Of a DNA stretch of 64,000 nucleotides, positions 49,699 through 58,843 are shown piece by piece. Source of the DNA: Bacteroidota bacterium (GTDB lineage: Bacteria; Bacteroidota; Bacteroidia; 2-12-FULL-35-15); contig CANNHN010000005.1 in the NCBI GenBank assembly GCA_947504725.1, forward strand, positions 37,704 through 101,703, in the 5' to 3' direction. The position numbers were made by a program, and so were the translations under genes. Each line of letters opens with the position of its first letter. Position 1 is the stretch's first letter. The notes below the pieces were generated by a model. The model ran no database searches. It was not told where the DNA came from and saw only the letters and a program-made list of their open reading frames with translations.

Positions 49699-50592
49699 CT
49701 ATTGAATTATGAATTTTCCTTTAGATAGTATGCTGTTGAAGCTATTTACTTGATAGATGTAATTGCCTTTTGATAGAGTGCCTTCCTCTATTATTACTTT
49801 GTTGCTAGTCAGATTCCCGATTTCTATCACTTTTTTACCCGACATATCAAATATGCTTACAATTGCCGACTCTAACTGCTCAAAATTAGTATCTATTACT
49901 AAAGTTGCAGAACCTGTAAATGGATTTGGGAAAACGGTGGATGATAACAATGAGTTTGCATTTTCTATAATCGACATAGGTGTTTCAGGTATGTTGATTC
50001 TGTCGATATACAAAGTTGGTAGCTCCCAAGTAGAGTCGTTCCACATATAATATTTGCTAGAATTGAACATAATAATGATAGAATCAGGCGTTACTCCTGG
50101 CATTAAGTCGTTGATGTTTACTGTAAACGAAGTATAGCTTGCTGTTGCAGGCAAAGTTTTTACCGAATAAGCAACAGTATCGCGCGACATCGTCAAGGTA
50201 TTGTAACGTTTTAAAACAACTGTAACTTCTGCAGAATCTCCTGTGCCCTGATCGTTGTATTTATAAAACCCTGAAAATGTAGTAGGTTTTGAAGTAAAAG
50301 GTGTTCCTGATTCCATAAAACTGCCATAATCCAAAGGAGGTTGACCATTTACCATAACTCCTGGAGCAATTCCGCAGGCAAACCATCCTTGAATTTTTGT
50401 TGCGTATGTACCTTGGAAAGCATCTGTAGTTTGTTTTACAGTATTGCAATAAAATGGCCACCAGTTAGTAGGAACAGTATCTGGCGAATAAGAACTTGTA
50501 GTAGTCCAACTTTCAAACCCCGGGTTCGATAGTGTTTGTCAATTCATACTTAAGCCTGCTAAAAGTAAGAATGCAATTAGTGATTTTCTCAT
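49699..50592 (-). pseudogene. T9SS type A cargo protein (PCMD-like domain + CTD) interrupted by an in-frame TGA
   Basis: MRKSLIAFLLLAGLSMN*(TGA 50541-50539)QTLSNPGFESW... continues in frame into the track ORF 50355; CTD VFPNPF...IFDMSGK...LSKGNYIY...GKFIIQ; -7 box TACATTTG at 50622-50629. Confidence 0.8.
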
Positions 50593-50708
50593 TATATCTG
50601 TTTTTAAGAATTAATATGATACAAATGTAAATCCAACCATTTGATAAGCGTTTGTACAAAAAAAGGTGATAATGGTACTTTTTATGGCAATTGGCTATCT
50701 TTGCACAA

Positions 50709-51908
50709 ATGAAGGACGAAAACGACATAAAGATGATTGCCAAAACCAATTTTGGTTTGGAGGAATTATTATCACAAGAATTACAACGACTAGGTGCAAA
50801 AAATGTAGAAATACACAATCGTGCCGTTAGTTTTACGGGCGACAAAGGTTTTATGTATAAAGCCAATTTATGTTGTAGAGTGGCTCTAAGAATTTTAGTT
50901 CCGTTTAAATCGTTTAAAGTAAGTGACGAAAAATCATTGTATGTAGGAATGCAATCTATCAACTGGGAAGATTACATGGAAGTAACAGATACAATTGCAA
51001 TCGATACAGTTTTAAGTTCAGAATTATTTACACACTCGCAATACATTTCGCAAAAAGCAAAAGATGCAATTGTGGATCAGTTTAGAGCAAAACATGGCGA
51101 ACGTCCTTCCGTGGATTTGGATAGACCAACGTTGAGAATTAATCTTCACATAGTTGGTGATACATGCACAGTTGCTTTGGATAGCTCAGGAGAATCCTTA
51201 CACAAACGTGGTTATAGAGATAAAACAAATTTAGCTCCTATCAATGAGGTGCTCGCTGCTGGATTGGTTTTGCTAACGGGTTGGGACAAGCGCACAAATT
51301 TTATTGATCCGATGTGTGGCTCTGGAACTATTTTAATTGAAGCGGCATTGATTGCAAATAATATTCCCGCAGGATACTTTCGTGAAGAGTTTGGATTTCA
51401 ACGTTGGAATAAATTTATGCCTTATGAGGAAGAATTATGGAACACCATTTTTGATTCCGCAGTAAATAAAATTACGAATCACGAACAAAAAATTTTAGGT
51501 GGTGAACTTTCTCCTAACGTTGCAAAAAAGGCAAAAGAAAATATCAAGTTCGCAAAGGTAGATGATATTGTTTCTATCAAAAATGTAGACATGAAAGATT
51601 TTGAAGTTCCTGCTGGAAGAGGTGTTGTTATTATTAATCCACCATACGGTGAACGTATGGATAAGGATAATATTGATGAGCTTTATAAAATGATGGGCGA
51701 TACGTTCAAGAAAAATTTTGCAGGTTACGATTGTTGGATACTAAGTTCAAACATGGAAGCATTCAAACATGTTGGATTGCGTCCTTCACGAAAAATCCAA
51801 TTGTATAACGGACCATTAGAATGTCGTTTTATGAAATTTGAAATGTATCAAGGGACGAAAAAGATTCATAAGATGGAAGGAAGAGAACAGAATAATAATA
51901 AAGAATAA
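50709..51908 (+). CDS. THUMP-domain RNA methyltransferase (RlmL/Trm14-like)
   Basis: GLEELL..EL, DSSGESLHKRGYR, AP.NEVLAAG, DPMCGSGTI.IEAA, NPPYGER; -7 box TATCTTTG at 50696-50703 supports ATG 50709. Confidence 0.92.
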   Translation: MKDENDIKMIAKTNFGLEELLSQELQRLGAKNVEIHNRAVSFTGDKGFMYKANLCCRVALRILVPFKSFKVSDEKSLYVGMQSINWEDYMEVTDTIAIDTVLSSELFTHSQYISQKAKDAIVDQFRAKHGERPSVDLDRPTLRINLHIVGDTCTVALDSSGESLHKRGYRDKTNLAPINEVLAAGLVLLTGWDKRTNFIDPMCGSGTILIEAALIANNIPAGYFREEFGFQRWNKFMPYEEELWNTIFDSAVNKITNHEQKILGGELSPNVAKKAKENIKFAKVDDIVSIKNVDMKDFEVPAGRGVVIINPPYGERMDKDNIDELYKMMGDTFKKNFAGYDCWILSSNMEAFKHVGLRPSRKIQLYNGPLECRFMKFEMYQGTKKIHKMEGREQNNNKE

Positions 51909-51918
51909 ATAAATACGA

Positions 51919-52887
51919 ATGAAAAAAATTGCTGTATTTACTTCAGGAGGCGATTCGCCAGGAATGAATGCTTGTTTGCGTGCCGTTGTTCGTACTGCTG
52001 TATATCATAACATTCAAGTTGTTGGAATTAAACATGGTTATGATGGAATGATAAACAATGAATTTGTTGAAATGGATTCTAAATCTGTTGCAAACATTAT
52101 TCATCATGGCGGAACGATTTTAAAAACAGCAAGAAGTAAAGAATTCATGACTGTTGAAGGACAGAAGAAAGCGTTAGATAATTTAAAGAAACACGGAATA
52201 GAAGGAGTAGTTGTAATCGGTGGAGATGGTTCATTTAAAGGTGCTTTGGAATTTAGTAAGATGTGCAACATTCCTTTTGTTGGTTGTCCAGGTACAATTG
52301 ATAACGATTTGGTTGGAACAGATTTTACAATTGGTTACGATACGGCAATCAATACAGTTGTAGATGCCGTAGATAAAATTAGAGATACAGCAGAAAGTCA
52401 TGACCGATTATTTTTTGTAGAGGTGATGGGTAGAGATGCCGGATTGATTGCTTTAAGAGCTGGAATTGGAGCAGGAGCAGAAAGTATTATTATGCCGGAA
52501 ACAAAAACAGATATTGAAGATTTGATAAAACGTTTAGAAAACGGAAGAAAAAATAAATCTTCAAAAATTATTATTGTTGCAGAAGGCGATGAAGCTGGTG
52601 GAGCATTTGCAATTGCAGAAAAAGTAAAAAAACGTTTACCAGAATATGATACTCGTGTAACGGTACTTGGACATATTCAACGCGGAGGAAATCCAACTGC
52701 TATGGATCGAGTAAATAGTAGTAGAATGGGCTTTGCTTCTGTGGAAGCCTTGATGAAAGGTGAAAAAAATATTATGATTGGAATTGTAGATAAAAATATT
52801 CAATACACTCCTTTTGAAAATGCTGTAAAACACATTCAGGAATTAAATCCCGATTTAATGCGGATGGTTGGGATCCTTTCTTTGTAA
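51919..52887 (+). CDS. pfkA: ATP-dependent 6-phosphofructokinase
   Basis: TSGGDSPGMNA, IGGDGS, PGTIDND, EVMGR..G, LGHIQRGG. Confidence 0.97.
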   Translation: MKKIAVFTSGGDSPGMNACLRAVVRTAVYHNIQVVGIKHGYDGMINNEFVEMDSKSVANIIHHGGTILKTARSKEFMTVEGQKKALDNLKKHGIEGVVVIGGDGSFKGALEFSKMCNIPFVGCPGTIDNDLVGTDFTIGYDTAINTVVDAVDKIRDTAESHDRLFFVEVMGRDAGLIALRAGIGAGAESIIMPETKTDIEDLIKRLENGRKNKSSKIIIVAEGDEAGGAFAIAEKVKKRLPEYDTRVTVLGHIQRGGNPTAMDRVNSSRMGFASVEALMKGEKNIMIGIVDKNIQYTPFENAVKHIQELNPDLMRMVGILSL

Positions 52888-52892
52888 AATCA

Positions 52893-52972
52893 CATGTCGT
52901 TTCTAGTGATGTTGTTTTCAAATACGCATGTCATTTCGAGTGATTTTGCAGCGCAAAATTGTATCGAGAAAT
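52893..52972 (+). repeat. REP-like repeat plus a degenerate tandem copy
   Basis: GTCATTTCGAGTGATTTTGCAGCGCAAAATTGTATCGAGAAAT (52930-52972); CATGTCGTTTCTAGTGAT (52893-52910) matches 52927-52944 at 16/18. Confidence 0.7.
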
Positions 52973-53011
52973 AGTTAGTAAACAATTTCTATTATCCATT
53001 GTTACACATCC

Positions 53012-53665
53012 ATGCTAAAGTCAAAACACTTTTTCTTTTTATTCTTTCTTACACTTACAACCAGTAGTTGTGTGTTTTTTCGGCCTTCTCCCAAAAAGCT
53101 TTACAAGCGTGCTTTAAACGAAAAACCATATGATGTCATAATCGTTCCTGGTTGTCCGTATGATGGCAACGATTGGACAACAGCAATGAAAGGACGAGTG
53201 ATTTGGGCGGATTACCTTATTAAACAAGGAATAGCAAAAAATGTTATTTTTTCGGGTGGCGCCATTTATACGCCTTATGTTGAGGCAAAAGTGATGGCCA
53301 AATTTGCAGAAGAATTAGGAACACCAAAGGAAAAAATATTTATTGAAGACAAAGCAGAACATAGCACCGAAAATATTTATTACTCCTATCACTTTGCAAA
53401 AAAAATGGGATTCACTAAAATAGCTGTGGCTTCCGATCCATTTCAATCCAACTTATTAATGCGTTTTTCTCGAATACGATTTAAGCTGCCAATTGCTCAC
53501 ATTCCTTTTATAATAGATACGCTGTCGAAAATTGATGATGTTTATCCAAAGATTGATGCTAGTGATTGTAAGGTTGAAAATTTCCAGCCCATTACCGAAA
53601 CTCAAACAAAGCGCCAGCGAAGAAGAGGAACATTTGGGAAGAATATTAAGTTTGAGAAGGAGTAG
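53012..53665 (+). CDS. YdcF/DUF218 family lipoprotein
   Basis: IIVPG, R...A..L.KQG, IFSGGA, EA..M, E..AEHSTENIYYS; lipobox TSSC. Confidence 0.88.
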   Translation: MLKSKHFFFLFFLTLTTSSCVFFRPSPKKLYKRALNEKPYDVIIVPGCPYDGNDWTTAMKGRVIWADYLIKQGIAKNVIFSGGAIYTPYVEAKVMAKFAEELGTPKEKIFIEDKAEHSTENIYYSYHFAKKMGFTKIAVASDPFQSNLLMRFSRIRFKLPIAHIPFIIDTLSKIDDVYPKIDASDCKVENFQPITETQTKRQRRRGTFGKNIKFEKE

Positions 53666-53716
53666 CCATTTTATGTCATAATCAAGCTCAAAATACTTTT
53701 CCACACAACCAATTTT

Positions 53717-53741
53717 GTCATTTCGAGCGAAGTCGAGAAAC
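53717..53741 (+). repeat. REP-like repeat
   Basis: GTCATTTCGAGCGAAGTCGAGAAAC, same class as 52930. Confidence 0.7.
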
Positions 53742-53761
53742 TTTGTATGTATATTTGTTCA

Positions 53762-56326
53762 ATGAGTCGCACCACCTATTTTGTTGATGTTATATTGCCA
53801 CTTTCGGTTCCCAATTTGTACACCTATCGTGTGCCTTTTGAATGGAACGAGTCGATTGCAATTGGTAAAAGAGTGGTGGTGCAATTTGGCCGAGGGAAAT
53901 TATATTCTGCACTTATCCGAAGAATTCACGAAAATCCCCCAAAGCAATACGTTGCCAAATACATTGATTCTATTTTAGATGATACTCCAATCGTCAATCA
54001 AAAACAATTTGAATTGTGGGATTGGATGAGCAGTTATTATATGTGCACCATTGGTGAAGTGATGATTGCGGCTTTGCCGGGCGGATTGCGTTTATCGAGC
54101 GAAACAAAAATTTTACTGAACCAAAATTATAAAGAACAATCCGCTAGTATTGAATTAAGCGATAAAGAATATTTAATTGTTGATGCTCTCGAAATTCGAC
54201 AAGTTTTAACACTCACGGATATTTCTGGAATCATCGAACAAAAAATTGTTTATCCGATTATCAAATCACTCATCGAAAAAGGTGTTGTTGTTTTACAAGA
54301 AGAGCTGAAAGAAAAATTCAAGCCTAAGATTGAGAGCTACGTTCGGATAACAGACTTTGCCGACAATGAAGAAAATCTAAAAACCATTTTTGATGCATTG
54401 GAACGAAAAGCTCCAAAGCAATTGGATGTCGTGATGGCATACATCACATTGTCGAAGCGTTATTCCCAAGAACGTGTTGAAGTCAGGAAATCAGATATTC
54501 TGAAAATGGTGGATGGAGCTGAAGCTGCTTTGAAATCATTAGTGAAAAAAAATACGTTTGAAATGTATGAACGTGAAGTTGGACGATTGGCAAGTTTTGA
54601 AAATGAAAACAAAATTTCAAATCTGAATGAAGAACAACAAAAGGTCTTGGAGTCAATCAATCTTCAGTTTTCTGGAAAGGCAAATCTTGATGGAGAATCT
54701 AAAAAAATAGTAAGCAACGAAAACTCCCTCTCCTTAGGAGAGGGCAGGGGTGAGGTCGATGTAGTATTGTTACACGGAGTTACCTCCTCGGGCAAAACAG
54801 AAATTTACGTAAAACTAATTGAACAAGCCATTGCAGAAGGAAAGCAAGTTTTGTATTTGCTTCCTGAAATTGCATTGACAACACAAATTATAAATCGTTT
54901 AAGAAAATATTTTGGCGAAGCTGTGGGTGTTTATCATAGTAAGTTCAATGAGAACGAAAGAGTAGAAGTATGGAATAATGTACTTAATCTGAAGTCGGAT
55001 ATTTCAAATTTTAAATTGGTAATTGGAGCGCGCTCCGCATTATTTTTGCCTTTCAGCAATTTAGGATTAGTTATTGTTGACGAAGAACACGATACTTCCT
55101 TTAAACAATATGATCCCGCTCCTCGTTACAATGCGCGCGATGCAGCCATTTATTTGGCGCACATTCACAAAGCAAAAACGTTGTTAGGTTCTGCAACTCC
55201 AAGTTTGGAAAGTTATTTCAACGCTCAGGAAGGTAAATATGGTTTTGCTGAAATGACCAAACGTTTTGGTGGAATTCAAATGCCTGAAATATTAATTGCC
55301 GATGTGAAAGAAGCGACTCGAAAAAAAATGATGAAGTCGCATTTTTCGCCATTGCTTTTAGATACCGTTACTTTAGCATTAGAAAAAAAGGAACAAGTTA
55401 TATTGTTTCAAAATAGAAGAGGTTTTGCTCCTCAATTAGAATGCAATATGTGTGCTTGGGTGCCACAATGTGCGAATTGTGATGTGAGTTTAACGTATCA
55501 CAAATTAAGCAATCAGTTGCGTTGTCACTATTGTGGTTATTCGATAAAACCACCAACCAAATGTGCTGCTTGTGGTGATACCGATTTAAAGATGAAAGGT
55601 TTTGGTACCGAAAAAATTGAAGAAGAATTATCTATTTTTTATCCGAAAGCCAGAATTGCACGTATGGATTTGGATACAACTAGAAGTAAATTTGCGCATC
55701 AACACATCATCCAAGATTTTGAAGAAGGGAATATCGATATTTTGGTAGGAACACAAATGGTGACCAAAGGATTGGATTTTGATAATGTAAGCATGGTTGG
55801 CATTTTGAATGCCGACAGCATGTTGAACTTCCCTGATTTTAGATCATTTGAACGTAGCTATCAATTGATGGCCCAAGTATCGGGGAGAGCAGGACGAAAA
55901 AACAAACGCGGAAAGGTAATTATTCAATCGCAAAATCCTGAACACAGTATTATTCAAGAAGTAATTGCCAATGATTTTTTATCGATGTATACGAATCAAT
56001 TACTGGATAGAAAAAATTTCAATTACCCTCCTTACTTTAGATTGATAGAAATTACGGTGATTCATAAAGATGTAGATATGGTAAATGCGTCTGCTAAATT
56101 TTTGGCAGATGCACTAAAAAAACATTTTGCTAAACGTGTGCTCGGACCAGAGTTTCCATTGGTTTCTCGTATCCGTAATTTGTTTCATAAAAATATATTA
56201 TTAAAAGTAGAAAGAGATGCTTCGGTTGGACAAGTAAAAAAAATAGTAAGTGAATTGCTTGTGAAATTTAAATCGACCAGTGATTATAAGTCGGTGAGAG
56301 TAAATATTGATGTGGATCCAATGTAA
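53762..56326 (+). CDS. priA: Primosomal protein N' (replication restart helicase)
   Basis: HGVTSSGKTE, DEEHD.SFKQ, GSATPSLE, two CxxC zinc pairs, QVSGRAGR; -7 box TATATTTG at 53750-53757. Confidence 0.97.
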   Translation: MSRTTYFVDVILPLSVPNLYTYRVPFEWNESIAIGKRVVVQFGRGKLYSALIRRIHENPPKQYVAKYIDSILDDTPIVNQKQFELWDWMSSYYMCTIGEVMIAALPGGLRLSSETKILLNQNYKEQSASIELSDKEYLIVDALEIRQVLTLTDISGIIEQKIVYPIIKSLIEKGVVVLQEELKEKFKPKIESYVRITDFADNEENLKTIFDALERKAPKQLDVVMAYITLSKRYSQERVEVRKSDILKMVDGAEAALKSLVKKNTFEMYEREVGRLASFENENKISNLNEEQQKVLESINLQFSGKANLDGESKKIVSNENSLSLGEGRGEVDVVLLHGVTSSGKTEIYVKLIEQAIAEGKQVLYLLPEIALTTQIINRLRKYFGEAVGVYHSKFNENERVEVWNNVLNLKSDISNFKLVIGARSALFLPFSNLGLVIVDEEHDTSFKQYDPAPRYNARDAAIYLAHIHKAKTLLGSATPSLESYFNAQEGKYGFAEMTKRFGGIQMPEILIADVKEATRKKMMKSHFSPLLLDTVTLALEKKEQVILFQNRRGFAPQLECNMCAWVPQCANCDVSLTYHKLSNQLRCHYCGYSIKPPTKCAACGDTDLKMKGFGTEKIEEELSIFYPKARIARMDLDTTRSKFAHQHIIQDFEEGNIDILVGTQMVTKGLDFDNVSMVGILNADSMLNFPDFRSFERSYQLMAQVSGRAGRKNKRGKVIIQSQNPEHSIIQEVIANDFLSMYTNQLLDRKNFNYPPYFRLIEITVIHKDVDMVNASAKFLADALKKHFAKRVLGPEFPLVSRIRNLFHKNILLKVERDASVGQVKKIVSELLVKFKSTSDYKSVRVNIDVDPM
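54724..54757. repeat. REP-like palindrome inside the priA reading frame
   Basis: CTCCCTCTCCTTAGGAGAGGGCAGGGGTGAGGTC, read as SLSLGEGRGEV; inverted homolog of 34601-34635. Confidence 0.8.
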
Positions 56327-56338
56327 AATGTATTTGTT

Positions 56339-56920
56339 ATGAAATTTAGTTGTATTTATTTCTTTGGTCTTTTAGTATTGATAAGCTCTTGCGGACCAGA
56401 AAAAATAGGAGAGGTTAAAAATGGAGTTGCTATTGTTGATACAGTTGCCTCACAAGAGCCTGCTGTTTCTGAAACCTACAGATTGGAAACTTTCCAGAAC
56501 ATGGAGATGATAGAATATTGTTTGTTGCTTCCTTTAAGTGAATACACATTGGTTGACGAAAAAAGTGAAAAGGCGGCTCATTCGTTTATTCATAAAACGA
56601 AAAAAGACAATACAATTGCTATTCAAGGCTTGTTGAGAGCCAATTCGGAAGTTTCAATTGAAGAGTATTTTAAAAATTCATTGGAAGATGCTGAATTGGA
56701 AGGAAAAATTATTGAGAAAAAAGAATTGAAAAAAGACAAGAATTGTTTTTATGCAAAAGGCTATTGGAACAATTCAATTCATGAATCTCGTTTTATAGAA
56801 GTATGTTGGTTGCGGAGCGATGAGGTAGTGAAATATTATTCCTCTTTTGATATTGCAGATACTACATTGTGGAATAAACGATTGGAAGAAATTTTGAAAT
56901 CCGGCAGCGTTTGTAAATAA
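56339..56920 (+). CDS. Hypothetical lipoprotein
   Basis: Lipobox ISSC; no family recognised. Confidence 0.7.
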   Translation: MKFSCIYFFGLLVLISSCGPEKIGEVKNGVAIVDTVASQEPAVSETYRLETFQNMEMIEYCLLLPLSEYTLVDEKSEKAAHSFIHKTKKDNTIAIQGLLRANSEVSIEEYFKNSLEDAELEGKIIEKKELKKDKNCFYAKGYWNNSIHESRFIEVCWLRSDEVVKYYSSFDIADTTLWNKRLEEILKSGSVCK

Positions 56921-56947
56921 CGAAGCCCCGATTTCTCGGGGGCTTCG
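56921..56947. terminator. GC-rich hairpin between convergent genes
   Basis: CGAAGCCCCGA-TTTC-TCGGGGGCTTCG. Confidence 0.6.
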
Positions 56948-56968
56948 TCTCCAACCCTACCACCCCAA

Positions 56969-58564
56969 CTATTTTACTTTTATTATCATTGGACTCATTG
57001 CTACAACAATTCCATCTGGTCCCATTCCTTTTATTTCTTCAAAAAAGATTCGTTCATTCTTTTTTACTTTTTGTAAGCGTGTTATCATTGCAGATGTAAG
57101 CATGTTAGATGTTGAAAAATAATCTTCTGCAATTCCTCCGCTTATAAAACTCATTGTGAATGAAGTTACAACAGGTTTTGATTCGTATTCAAAAGAAGGA
57201 TAAAATGCGATTAATCCTTTTTGAACAGTAATCGTTCCTTTGTTCACACTTCCGCTTTCAGTCATTTCAGCAAATTTTGCACTTGGTTTTGGAATTCTTC
57301 TTACTCTGAATTCTTGAACACCCATATTTCTTTTTTCGCCATTCTCTAAATTTGCGATTACAGAAACATTTACAACTCCGTCAGTGATTGGTTTTATTAT
57401 ATACTTTCCATTTCCTTGGCTTATCATTATGGCATTTGATGCCGATACTGTGAGTTTTTCATTTGGAACACCAGGGACAGAAACCGAAATTGGATTTTCT
57501 AATCCTCGATATACTAGATTCATGTTTTCAGCTGCAACAGTTAATGATGGCTTTGCAACAATGTATTCCGATTTGAAAGGATAAATCATTTCTTTTCCTT
57601 TTGGAGAAATTACTTTCACCGTTCCAGAATAGGTCATGATTCCTTCTTTGTTGGTACTTGCTACATATTTTCCTAATCCTCGTTCAACTGGAATTGCATT
57701 TGGTGTTCCATTAAACGATTTGCTTGCTTCATTGTAATCTCCCACCATAACTTCAGGATTTCTAGTTTTATTGAATGCTGCAAGAAAAACTTGTGCTTTG
57801 TATTCTTCACCCAACATTACATAATTACTTTCCGGAATTACTTTTGCTGCAATCGTATCAAACTTCATCGTTTCTACATCCATCTCTTTTAATAAATAAT
57901 CAACAGTAGTTGCTTCTGCATTTTTTACATCGTTTTTTAGTTTTGATAAAATCGTAAGACTAGCTACTAATGGACGGTCATAAAAATTATACAACTCCCA
58001 ATTCTCATTTTCTTCACTGAATTTCGGGTCATCTGTATTGATGTCTAATTTTACTTTTGACTTATCTTTCGGTAAAATATAACTGCTTAATTGTGTTCTG
58101 TATGCATTCAATCTGTTTTTTAAATCGCGTGAAGCACCAGCAGAACCATCTTCCGAATTGCCAATTAAAATATTAGTTGGAATATTGTAGTCATCTTTGT
58201 TTTCGATGCTTGCCATTTGAATGGTGTCTGCAACACTTTGCTCCAATCCTTCTGTTTTTGCAATCAACTCTTTTTGAAGTTTATCAATAAAATCATTTAA
58301 TTCTTGAGAACGCTTTTTTACATCCTGTGCTTTTTTCCAGTTGGGTGTTACTTTTACTGGATCTACACTCTTCGCTAAATCGAACATCGAGTAAAGCGTT
58401 TCGTTATTGTCAGTAAAATTGATGTTTGTGTTTTCCAATCCTTTATTTACAATTACAAAAGCATCTAAAATGTCTTTGGAAACATTCAATGCTAAAAGAC
58501 AGGTAAGTACTAAGTACATCATACCAATCATTTTTTGTCGTGGGGTGTCTTTTGCTGAAGCCAT
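56969..58564 (-). CDS. gldM: GldM/PorM T9SS-gliding motor rotor protein (no gldK/L/N adjacent)
   Basis: TPRQKMIGMMYLVL..LLALNVSK.ILDAF N-terminus with R9 and Y17; F...PLVA.LT.LSKL.NDVKNAE; NLVYRGLENPISVSVPG; FRVRRIPKP. Confidence 0.92.
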   Translation of the reverse strand: MASAKDTPRQKMIGMMYLVLTCLLALNVSKDILDAFVIVNKGLENTNINFTDNNETLYSMFDLAKSVDPVKVTPNWKKAQDVKKRSQELNDFIDKLQKELIAKTEGLEQSVADTIQMASIENKDDYNIPTNILIGNSEDGSAGASRDLKNRLNAYRTQLSSYILPKDKSKVKLDINTDDPKFSEENENWELYNFYDRPLVASLTILSKLKNDVKNAEATTVDYLLKEMDVETMKFDTIAAKVIPESNYVMLGEEYKAQVFLAAFNKTRNPEVMVGDYNEASKSFNGTPNAIPVERGLGKYVASTNKEGIMTYSGTVKVISPKGKEMIYPFKSEYIVAKPSLTVAAENMNLVYRGLENPISVSVPGVPNEKLTVSASNAIMISQGNGKYIIKPITDGVVNVSVIANLENGEKRNMGVQEFRVRRIPKPSAKFAEMTESGSVNKGTITVQKGLIAFYPSFEYESKPVVTSFTMSFISGGIAEDYFSTSNMLTSAMITRLQKVKKNERIFFEEIKGMGPDGIVVAMSPMIIKVK

Positions 58565-58640
58565 GATTTCTGAGTTTTTTTAAGTTTATATTAAACTTGA
58601 ATTTTGCCTCATAATGCTAGCTAAGAAAAAAAGATACAAT

Positions 58641-58669
58641 AAAAAACGCCACAAGATGTGCATGTGGCG
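58641..58669 (-). terminator. Intrinsic terminator 77 nt upstream of gldM
   Basis: Minus strand CGCCACA-TGCACATCT-TGTGGCG-TTTTTT. Confidence 0.75.
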
Positions 58670-58726
58670 CTATGAGGGAGTAGCCTCATGAAAAAACAAT
58701 AAAATTGGACACTAATTTAAGTGACA

Positions 58727-58797
58727 CAAAGGAAACTATTTTTCTTTCGAGATAATATCCGTAGAGAAGGGTAAATTTTTCTACGTACTAGCACGGA
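58727..58797 (-). promoter_or_regulatory. Operator-like element (copy 2) with a -7-like box TTCCTTTG at 58727-58734
   Basis: ATCCGTAGAGAAGGGTAAATTTTTCTACGTACTAGCACGGA (58757-58797), 33/41 identical to 62978-63018. Confidence 0.7.
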
Positions 58798-58843
58798 GGA
58801 GTAAAATAGGAAGTAAGAAGATAGATTTTTTTCTTTTTATGTT

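Noticed and set aside
50539-50541. Selenocysteine or genome-wide TGA recoding
   Set aside because: The TGA is in a signal peptide, no SECIS-like hairpin is evident, and other genes here end at TGA (e.g. 31518, 37751, 42143)
50513-50962. 149-aa minus-strand track ORF and other 60-118-aa track ORFs overlapping larger genes
   Set aside because: Antisense or off-frame shadows of well-supported CDSs, without motifs or start context
56921-56968. GAAGCCCCG hairpin as an IS200/IS605 end
   Set aside because: No tnpA/tnpB or second end nearby; its position between convergent genes fits a terminator
58621-58689. 22-aa minus-strand ORF MRLLPHSATCTSCGVFYCIFFS in the gldM leader (contains CxxC)
   Set aside because: T-rich start context is atypical for Bacteroidota, and the sequence is explained by the hairpin and terminator it overlaps
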